DNA of 59,575 nt from Trichomonas gallinae (lineage: Eukaryota), in NCBI GenBank assembly GCA_008369845.1, contig MRSU01006904.1, forward strand, positions 1 to 59,575, written 5' to 3'. Every line of letters starts with the position of its first letter. Position 1 is the stretch's first letter. The notes below the pieces were generated by a model. It ran no database searches and was not told the origin of the DNA. It was given only the letters and a program-made list of their open reading frames with translations. A program made the position numbers and the translations under genes. This document shows, in pieces, positions 44,826 through 53,709 of this stretch.

Positions 44826-46109
44826 ATGATTATTGGCATTGAAGAAAAGCTTTTTCCTGGTTTTAGTCATTTCAAGAAAATCGGCGAGGGAGCTTTTGGA
44901 AAGGTGTTTACAGCTATCAATGCCAAGACTAATGTTCAAATCGCAATCAAAACCATTGATAAGATTAATTTAATGACGGAATCAAATAGGAATGTTCTAC
45001 AATCCGAACTCTCAATATACAACTCAGTAGAACATCCTTTCTTAACACAATTTTACGCAACAACCGAAGATAATGCTGGAGTTTATGTTGCACTTGAATG
45101 TGGAGAAAAAGGATCTCTATTGGATAGAATTTCATCTGTCAAGAAGCTCAAAGAACCACAAGCGTGCAAAATATTTTGTGAAATTTTATCTGCACTAAAA
45201 TATTTACACAATACTGCCAATATTGTTCATAGAGATATTAAAGCAGAAAACATCGTTGTTGATTCCAATGATGATATTAGACTGATTGATTTCGGTTTAT
45301 CATCATTCTTGAAATCAAATAATGAACTTAATGAAATCTGCGGTACGTACCCATATAGCTCTCCAGAGATGCTTCGCGGTATTCCATACACTAAATCAGT
45401 TGATATATGGTCATGCGGAATTTTGCTATATTTAATGGTAACCGGAGTATTTCCTTTCAATGGAACAAACCAAAAGGAACTCAAGCAAAATATATGCTTC
45501 AAGGAACCACAAATTCCTACTAATTTATCGCCGGATCTCAGAGATTTGATATTGAAGCTTCTAAGTAAAGATCCAAGCGAGAGAATCACAATTGAAGAAA
45601 TATCAACCCATCCATGGATTCTTTCTAACCGTTGCTCTTACTATTTAACACAGCAATTTGATGATAATCTGAAATATTGCATTACTCCACATCAGAAGTC
45701 TGACATTAACATACCAATCTTCAATACATTAACAAAGAACGGATATGATGTCACAACACTCGAAGATGACTTATTATCAGGAAAATTAACAGAATGCACG
45801 ATTTTATATAAGTATTTCTTGAAGAGACAATTCCTGATCAGGATGCATTCACCTGAAGAAATTAGAATTGGCAAAAACTTGATGTATAATGTGAGAAAAG
45901 TCATGACTTGCCAGGTCGAAAAACCACTGCCATGCATGCATAACTCAGCCATCCCATCAATCAAATCCGGTATTCATAGATCTGTAAGATCGAGATCCCA
46001 ATCAGTGACATTAAAACTCAACGTAAATCATGATAATTCCTCGAACATGTCAGGGCTTCCAGCATTGACACCTTCACCGAAGATCAAAAAGATCGGATTT
46101 CAATTATAA
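44826..46109 (+). CDS. SNF1/MARK-like (CAMKL) RD kinase with a possible UBA-like segment
   Basis: Motifs GEGAFG, IAIK, HRDIKAEN, DFG, CGTYPYSSPE, DIWSCG. A different subfamily from the flanking array kinases. Confidence 0.92.
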   Translation: MIIGIEEKLFPGFSHFKKIGEGAFGKVFTAINAKTNVQIAIKTIDKINLMTESNRNVLQSELSIYNSVEHPFLTQFYATTEDNAGVYVALECGEKGSLLDRISSVKKLKEPQACKIFCEILSALKYLHNTANIVHRDIKAENIVVDSNDDIRLIDFGLSSFLKSNNELNEICGTYPYSSPEMLRGIPYTKSVDIWSCGILLYLMVTGVFPFNGTNQKELKQNICFKEPQIPTNLSPDLRDLILKLLSKDPSERITIEEISTHPWILSNRCSYYLTQQFDDNLKYCITPHQKSDINIPIFNTLTKNGYDVTTLEDDLLSGKLTECTILYKYFLKRQFLIRMHSPEEIRIGKNLMYNVRKVMTCQVEKPLPCMHNSAIPSIKSGIHRSVRSRSQSVTLKLNVNHDNSSNMSGLPALTPSPKIKKIGFQL

Positions 46110-46354
46110 TTAGATAGAATATCGAGAAATAAATATTTGTTTGTTTTGTGTTAGTTATCTATGCATATTTCACTTCTATACCACATAGTTATGCTTATCT
46201 CTGGAAACCAAGTTACAGTGGTTCTTTTTTGAGAATTATATTTTTTTCGACAATTGTTACATTTACCCAAAATAACAGTAAAAACTTCTTATCAAACGAC
46301 AGTAGATGCGGATGAAATAGAAAACAATGGTTATCTAAACTTGGTAGGTAAAGA

Positions 46355-46407
46355 GTCACTTTTCTTCAGGAAAACGTCACTTTTCAATTGAAAAATCGTC
46401 ACGTTTT
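46355..46407. repeat. Three phased copies of GTCAC(T/G)TTT (minus strand AAAAGTGAC)
   Basis: Copies start at 46355, 46376 and 46398 (21-22 bp period). Confidence 0.6.
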
Positions 46408-46832
46408 GAGATCAATAAAAACAATCAAATTTTCGTTAGATATGTTAATTGTTAAGTCAATAGCGAACTGAATTTTCGAAAAAATCGATACAATTCAAAA
46501 ATTTAATAGATTGATAAGAATAAACTATTTTCGATGCTGTTTTTTTTTCATCTTCAAGAAATAAAATTCGATTGAATTGAATTTTTGAATTTAATTCTGA
46601 TTCATTCTGCGGTTGCTTTCAAAATAAATGTTCAGGTTAAGAACTTTTTGATATTTATATAATATACATCAAAATTCCAAAAGAATTAATTTAAATACTT
46701 TTTATGTTTAATGATTCACATTATCCAGATACGTACAATGCACGAATTGAAAAATTATATTTTTGAATGAAACATTTAAAATTTTTTTTTGCATTCTCTC
46801 ACAAAATATTGTTTTTAATTTTTTTTATCAAA

Positions 46833-47843
46833 ATGAATTCACGTGAGCTCGAATACTTTACATCACAGGAAATCAAGCTTCTTCGCATACTTGGTCGTGG
46901 TGCTTTCGGGGTCGTGTTTCAGGTTTTTTCGTCCCACTACAACTGCGAATTCGCACTGAAAAAAATACCCGAAAAAGCATTTTCAACAATGGAGCTTGAA
47001 TGCTTGATCGAAATTGATAGTCCGAGGAAGACACAAATATACAAATACTATAAGTTCGACGGAAGCGTTTATTTACTCATGGAATTTTGCCCTGCAGACT
47101 TATCCAAGGTTCTAAAATCAAAACCAGTTATAGCACCAGATGTATTCATGAAATACGTTAAAGATGTCATTCTTGCTGTTAAGGCTTGCCACGATCTGAA
47201 TATTGCACATTCAGATATAAAGCCAAGTAACTTTTTACTCGACAACTACGGAAGAATTAAGATCACAGATTTCGGCCTATCAACGATCTACAAAGGGGAC
47301 CCCGTCAGTTTTGCATTTAGTGGTACGCGCTTGTACATGGCTCCTGAAATATTTGCGAGGGGATCGTATAACCCTATCATTGCAGATATCTGGGCTCTCG
47401 GCGTTACGATTTTCTACATGGCAACCAAGGATCATCCTTTCAAATCACAGAATGAGGAAATGCTAGCCTATGCTATATGCAAGGGCAAGTACAAGGATGA
47501 CAAAATTGACAATCCTGACTTACGCCAACTCATCGCAAGATGTTTGACGGTTGATCCTAAACAGCGTGCTACTGTTGATGAACTACTAGATATGCCTTAT
47601 TTCCAAGAAAAAGAACAAATGCTGTCAATTCCCATGTCAAAATCCCGCTTATCACTATTTAAGATGCAACCTGAGAAATTGATTGTCAAACCAAAGATTC
47701 CGGAGGTTAAGTCAATAGCATCGCTTGGATCAACATTTTATAGGAACAACAGCAGCTCACGTTTGAGATTAACAATCCCAACATCGAAATCTGTTGCTCA
47801 GGAATCATTCGCTGAGAATAATACAATAGAGGAAGTTAATTAA
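46833..47843 (+). CDS. CAMK-group Ser/Thr protein kinase, non-RD (K10)
   Basis: Motifs GRGAFG, FALKK, HSDIKPSN, DFG, APE. Start at ATG 46833 (MNSRELEYF), aligned with paralogs. Confidence 0.93.
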   Translation: MNSRELEYFTSQEIKLLRILGRGAFGVVFQVFSSHYNCEFALKKIPEKAFSTMELECLIEIDSPRKTQIYKYYKFDGSVYLLMEFCPADLSKVLKSKPVIAPDVFMKYVKDVILAVKACHDLNIAHSDIKPSNFLLDNYGRIKITDFGLSTIYKGDPVSFAFSGTRLYMAPEIFARGSYNPIIADIWALGVTIFYMATKDHPFKSQNEEMLAYAICKGKYKDDKIDNPDLRQLIARCLTVDPKQRATVDELLDMPYFQEKEQMLSIPMSKSRLSLFKMQPEKLIVKPKIPEVKSIASLGSTFYRNNSSSRLRLTIPTSKSVAQESFAENNTIEEVN

Positions 47844-48231
47844 GTGTTTTTAATTCAATGTTTGTTAAATAAATAATTTTTGCGTTTATTTTTTGTTATT
47901 TACGGACTATTCTCGCTCTAGAATTAGATTCACATCATACCATATTAATACCCGGTTATGTAATTTTTATCATTTATTGTTATTCGGATTTTAGCGATTT
48001 GCCAATCTTATTGTAATGAGCTGAAAATACGAAAAATATCTGTTTTTGAATGATTTAAGCAAAATTTCACGAACTATATCCATCCGTAATTTAATTTGGA
48101 GAAATACGAAATTGTCAAATTACAAGATTTCGCGTTTGTAAAAAGGGGATTCGATTAGGGATAGCGCAAGATTAAAAGTTTATTATTAAAATGATTACTA
48201 ACAAAAATTTAAAATCAAAATGACATAAAAG

Positions 48232-48867
48232 TTAGATTGATTCAGGCTTTCTATTCAACAGGGAAGAAATGTTGAAAACAGACTCGAATGGTTCGATTTC
48301 AACCTCACTTTCACTTTGTGATTCTGATGATGTTGGAGATGCGATCTTTGGATCGTTGGATCTAATGCACCAGCGGCGTGGTGTTGGAAGCTGCCTGCCG
48401 AACCTCCTTGAGAAATCAGTAAGAATTTGGTTATCTTCGGTTAAAATTCTTGCATGGTAATATCCACACTTGTGGAAGCAGCCGTTGAGACAGGACTTTG
48501 AGCGACCCATGAACATTTTCAGTCTTTCTGTATTGACGAGCATGTAGTTGGATCCGAACTGGACACCACAAGCCACGCCTCGATCAAAATCTGTATAATC
48601 GCCTCTGCAGACGAAATTCTGAATGAGCATTATGTGCTTTTGGAATGTATTGAGTGCCATATTGCGTTTATTTCTATCGCTTGCGAACTTGAAGTAGGCA
48701 GACAACCTTAAGAATTCGCATTGATCAGGGAAGGAAAGTTGAAGAACAAGCGGGTCAGTGGAGAATTGCATGTCATCGAACTGGCAGAACTCCATGTGGG
48801 CCTTCTGAAGTTGTGAGTAGTTCTGAACTGTGAGCATTGAAGAATAATGGCAAGAAGGTCTTTCCAT
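48232..48867 (-). CDS. Initiator-binding-domain (IBD, IBP39-like) transcription factor
   Basis: RNKR...F...I..F..RGD.D..RG.ACGV.F.....VN...L...MGRSKSCLNG.F..CGY...RRWCIR fits the trichomonad IBD family. ATG at 48867 with Inr TCATTT at 48898-48893. Confidence 0.85.
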   Translation of the reverse strand: MERPSCHYSSMLTVQNYSQLQKAHMEFCQFDDMQFSTDPLVLQLSFPDQCEFLRLSAYFKFASDRNKRNMALNTFQKHIMLIQNFVCRGDYTDFDRGVACGVQFGSNYMLVNTERLKMFMGRSKSCLNGCFHKCGYYHARILTEDNQILTDFSRRFGRQLPTPRRWCIRSNDPKIASPTSSESQSESEVEIEPFESVFNISSLLNRKPESI

Positions 48868-49962
48868 TGAGAAGAATTCTGATGGGTCACTCAAATGAAA
48901 ATTTATAGCTCTCAAAAATTAATCGTGATCATAGAATATTTTCTTAATGAGCATTCAATTGAAGGACATGCAATTTTTTTCTAATACGCACATTAATGTA
49001 TAGCTATTAACGGCGGGAAAGCAAAAGACCAGTTTTGTTATCAATTCGTGGCCACTTTTGTGCTTAATTTTTGTGAGAGAAAAATATAATTGGAATATTA
49101 TCATTATAGTGTGTTTAGACATTATATCCTCAAAAAATTCAATTTGAAAGATTTTGAGAAAATTTTTAATGAAAAGGGAAATGATTTTTAAATCATCTAT
49201 ATATTAGTTTTACATTTGGAGAAATCATTAAAGAAAACCGCCAAGTTTTTAACAAAATAAATTAAGAGGTCATCGTTTTCTTTACTTCTTCTTTTAGTGG
49301 AATTCGCATTCTAATAACGGTACAGACCATATATTTCATCTCAAAACTTAAGACTTATTGATATATCAATTTTTTTTTGATGGTGAATGGTCGATCAATT
49401 TGATATAAAAAAATTAGAATATTTTATATTAAAATAGGTGATTCCTTTTTTCCGATTTTAGAGTTGATTCAATTGTTTTTTCGTTGTCAAATCATAAAAA
49501 TGGATATTAACTCTTTACTATATTTACTATTCTTTTATCATGTTTGTAAAATTGAATACTTCAACTCATGTTTTTTAAATTTAGCCTAATATCCGTGTTA
49601 AAAACAATAGCAAATTCACTATCACACAAAAAATACTCGTTGAAAGTGATAAAAATAAATCGAAAAATAATTAATCGATTTCTCTAATTTTTCGCAATTT
49701 ATATGCACACACAGCGTTAATTCTCGATATATATTAAAAATCGTATCAGGCAAAAAACTGCGGAACGTGAAAAAAAAAAGAAATATTTTAAGTGTTTTAA
49801 CTCACCTTCTAGACTTGTGATAGGATTTCAGATCTTGAATCGAAATTCGTAAAAAAATATAAATTAAAAAAAAAAACTCAAAAATCAGAAAAAAGATGAT
49901 GAATAGTCACTGTTTGAACTGCTTATAAATGATGATATTAATTTATTTGGGGTCATTTCTCT

Positions 49963-51516
49963 ATGAATGTTGACCAAATCTTGAATGGTTTGTCTCTAGA
50001 ACAAAAAGTTGGGCAAATGTTCATGTTAAACATAGATGGGAAGGCTATTGACAGCCAGCAGCTTGAGTTAATTAAGCGTTTTCATTTAGGTAATCTTATT
50101 CTATTTTCTCAAAACTTGGGAACTCACAAAGAAGTTCAAGAATTGACTGCTAAATTCCAAGAGTATTCGAAATCTGAGTTCAGACTTCCTGCTTTCATAT
50201 CTACAGATATGGAAGGAGGAAATGTTATTAGATTTGGATCTGATTTTCCTATGTTTCCAGGTGCTGCTGCTGTATCATCTACTGGATCTCTTGGAAAATG
50301 TGAATTACTTTCTCAAAATGTTGCAAAATTTTTATTAAATCTTGGAATTAATATGAATTTGGCTCCAGTTTGCGATGTGAATGATGTTGCAATGAATCCA
50401 GTAGTCGGTTCTAGATCGTTTGGAAATAATCCTGAAGTTGTTTCTAAATTTATTAAATCTCATATTAAAGGACATAAGAAAGCGGGATGCTTGACATGTG
50501 CTAAGCATTTCCCTGGACATGGAAGTACAATGAAAGATTCTCATGAAGCATTACCGCATATTACACATACATATGATGAATTTTTGAAAAAAGACATTCC
50601 ACCATTCATTGAAGCTATTTTTGAAGGTGTTGATGCAATTATGATAGCTCATTTACTGACTCCAATTGATCCTGATAATCCGGCATCACTTTCTCCAAAA
50701 GTTATTAATTATCTTAGGAATGAACTTAATTATCAAGGATTAATTGTCGCAGATTCACTTGTAATGAAAGGAGTTTCGATGCAGGGAATGGATGTTGCTG
50801 TTAGAAAAGCAATTTTAGCAGGAAATGATATTTTAATTGCAAATGCAGATGATATTATGACTATTTTTGTTCTGATACAGAAAGCTGTAGAAGATGTAAA
50901 AAACGGTTTAATAGACGAAAAACTCATTAACGATGCTTGCAGAAGAATTTTTAATGCAAAACTTAAATTAAATGACAAAAAGAAGGATGAATACAATCGA
51001 GATGAGTTTCTTTCAATTGCACATGACATTAGCAAAAATTCCATTGCAATATTTAGAGATGATAACAAATTAATTCCTTTGAAGTCAAAGAAAATACTAT
51101 GCATCAGTTCATTGGTATGGGATAGGATTTCCTCGTTCGAAAACATTGCTACCACATCTTTTGGTCAAAAGTTTAAGCAAATAATAAATCAACCAATAGA
51201 AGTTGTTGAAATCAGTCAAAATCCAACACAAGAAGAGATTGATAAGGCTCTGGATTTAGCCAAATCAGCCGAAGTTGCCGTATTTTCTCCATTGCGAATA
51301 ATATTGTACAAAGAACAACATGAGCTTCTTAGAAAGCTTCTCGAAGTCAACAAAAACGTTATATATGTGTCGCTATTCGATCCCTATGAAGTAATGTTGC
51401 TTGATGATGTTTCTTCGATTATTATAGGATTTGAATATAATGATCTTAGCATCCAATCAAGCATCGATGTTCTTATAGGAACACAAAAGGCATATGGCAA
51501 TTTTAACATTCATTAA
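49963..51516 (+). CDS. nagZ: GH3 beta-N-acetylhexosaminidase (NagZ-like, two-domain), bacterial type
   Basis: Motifs LEQKVGQM, DMEGG, NLAPVCD, RSFG, KHFPGHGxxxxDSH (NagZ signature) and GLIVADSL (nucleophile Asp). Inr TCATTT at 49953-49958. Confidence 0.9.
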   Translation: MNVDQILNGLSLEQKVGQMFMLNIDGKAIDSQQLELIKRFHLGNLILFSQNLGTHKEVQELTAKFQEYSKSEFRLPAFISTDMEGGNVIRFGSDFPMFPGAAAVSSTGSLGKCELLSQNVAKFLLNLGINMNLAPVCDVNDVAMNPVVGSRSFGNNPEVVSKFIKSHIKGHKKAGCLTCAKHFPGHGSTMKDSHEALPHITHTYDEFLKKDIPPFIEAIFEGVDAIMIAHLLTPIDPDNPASLSPKVINYLRNELNYQGLIVADSLVMKGVSMQGMDVAVRKAILAGNDILIANADDIMTIFVLIQKAVEDVKNGLIDEKLINDACRRIFNAKLKLNDKKKDEYNRDEFLSIAHDISKNSIAIFRDDNKLIPLKSKKILCISSLVWDRISSFENIATTSFGQKFKQIINQPIEVVEISQNPTQEEIDKALDLAKSAEVAVFSPLRIILYKEQHELLRKLLEVNKNVIYVSLFDPYEVMLLDDVSSIIIGFEYNDLSIQSSIDVLIGTQKAYGNFNIH

Positions 51517-51918
51517 AATTATATATTTTTTTATTTTTAGTAAAAATAACATGTATCATGTAAGTCTACAGCAGAAGCATACAAATGATTGCATTCATTA
51601 ACTTATTACAATTTAATTTTTTTTGAATAAAAATATTTAATTCGTATTCAAAAATAACAAATGATATATAAAATTCATAAGTAGAATTTATTATATATCA
51701 GTTTGAATAAGGCAAATAATATAATATTTTAATTATGATTTAATTCGTTATAATATTTGATGAAAAGAAAGAATATAGTCAATAACAATGAATATTTTTA
51801 TTCTATGTTATTCACATTTCTATATCTATAAAGAATGACGAAAAAATCCAAAAAATAGAAAATGTCAGAAATATAAAAATATGAAAATTTACATGTCAAA
51901 ATTATCCATATTTTTAAA

Positions 51919-52860
51919 TTGTTTCAAGATTATTTCAATCATTATTTAAACCAGTTTAAATTTCCCACAGATTCATATTTTGAGAAGCAGAGGGTGAATC
52001 TACATGCGAAGTTCGCTGATTTCTCGTTTGTTGATACAAAAAAGATAACTCAATTAGATTACAAAGACAAATCTCTTTATTTCAACACTAACACTGGTGT
52101 CAAAGGGTTTACTTTCACAAATAAAACATTTAAATTCCAATTAAGTTCTGATTCAAAATTCAAACTTATTAAATATTTCGATGATAAAACAATTGACATA
52201 GAAAATAATACAGCAACGATGGAACTACACTATGAAGACAAAATTTCTGAAGATTCTGCAGAGTCTAATTTACAACTCGGAATTATCAATGGAAAACCAG
52301 GTTTGAAGTATAATTTACATTGTCCTTATGGCCAGATATCAGTTTCCTACATAGAAAATACGATGCAATTATTTTATAGTTATAAAACATTATTTACAAG
52401 AAGTAGAATTGGAACAGGCTTAACTTTTTCAACAGGACCAACAATGCCATGTTTTATTTTTGCTAAACATATTTTCAAAACTCATCCATTGAGACCGATG
52501 TGTGCAAAACTGGGGGAAATTGGAACGAATGGTGAGTTTTACGTTTATGTTGCACTAGAAAACGTGTATCTGAAACCATTAGATACATTTCTTTCATATC
52601 ATGCTAAAATTGGCGGAAATACATTATTTATTGCTGATATTTTCCAAAGTAAGCCTGCATCATTAAAAATATTCTCGAATTTTAACGAATGCACAACATT
52701 TACCATATCTATTCAAGCAACACCGAAGCTTGAAATTTCGATGAATCAAATTTACTCATATATTGGCAAACCATGCATTTCCATTAACTATGATAGTGAA
52801 ATGATAAGCACAAGAAAATCTGTTCAGGAATTTATTCATGATTTTTTCAATTCATTTTAA
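51919..52860 (+). CDS. Hypothetical beta-strand-rich protein; start codon uncertain (TTG)
   Basis: 313 open codons in very AT-rich DNA with no in-frame ATG until about codon 101. Alternating polar/hydrophobic strands. Confidence 0.6.
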   Translation: MFQDYFNHYLNQFKFPTDSYFEKQRVNLHAKFADFSFVDTKKITQLDYKDKSLYFNTNTGVKGFTFTNKTFKFQLSSDSKFKLIKYFDDKTIDIENNTATMELHYEDKISEDSAESNLQLGIINGKPGLKYNLHCPYGQISVSYIENTMQLFYSYKTLFTRSRIGTGLTFSTGPTMPCFIFAKHIFKTHPLRPMCAKLGEIGTNGEFYVYVALENVYLKPLDTFLSYHAKIGGNTLFIADIFQSKPASLKIFSNFNECTTFTISIQATPKLEISMNQIYSYIGKPCISINYDSEMISTRKSVQEFIHDFFNSF

Positions 52861-52967
52861 TCAGCAACTTTAGTTATCAATTTCCACTTTTTGATGCTCA
52901 ATAAATAAAATTGCAAGTGTTGAATATTGATAAAAATTAATTATACAAGGTTGACATTTGAATTTTC

Positions 52968-53393
52968 TCAAAATAGAATCGTTAATAATGTTAAAATCCA
53001 TGAATTGATAATATTGCACCAAGAGCTTTCTGAAGCATAATCCAAAGCTGTTTTGTTATGCCAGCTTTTTACGTTGACATCTATTCCAGGAACTGTGAGA
53101 AGGAGTTTGACAACTTCTTGTTGACCATGAAATGAAGCCCTCATCAAAGCTGTATATTTGTATTTATCTCTCAAGTTAATGTCAATCCCACATCCGATCA
53201 AAAGATGAACCTAGTTTTGAATGCGATTTTCTGCTGCATCAGTGAAGATGTTTCTATCTTTACTTTTTTGTGTCACGTAAACAAATTCCTCTCTGACAGC
53301 AAATATGGCATTTTTGTATTTTTCTTTTGCAATTCTTTTGCAAATTTCATAGATTTTAACAATATTCTCTTCTGTTTTCGGAATCTTCTTCAA
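52968..53393 (-). pseudogene. Ankyrin-repeat pseudogene
   Basis: ORFs 53211..53393 and 52968..53201 are in frame and separated by one TAG (53213-53211). Ankyrin text TALMRASFHGQQEVVKLLLTVPGIDVN...TALDYA. No proper ATG. Confidence 0.8.
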
Positions 53394-53709
53394 TACATAT
53401 TTATGTGAAAAAGATTCATTTTTTGCCGCTCAGTTTGCATTTTTTATGAAATTAATTTAATTTTCACGACAATAGTGCAAACATTATAACCAAGACATCT
53501 CTGAGCTAAATGTCTAATATTCAGCTCACCATTTATTAAAAAAAAATTCATCAAATTTCAAGAATAATATCTCAACAAAATCTGAAATAATATTATAACC
53601 ATGACATGTATAATAAAAATGTCAAATATTCAAATGCTTATCATTGAATAATAAAAAGTAATGATCAATAAAAAATTTCTAATTACATAAAAAGGTAAAC
53701 TATTAACCT

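Noticed and set aside
53211..53213. In-frame TAG in the ankyrin ORF as possible readthrough or recoding
   Set aside because: TAG ends normal genes elsewhere in the window (for example 18635 and 35033) and the locus also lacks a proper start. Ordinary pseudogenisation is simpler.
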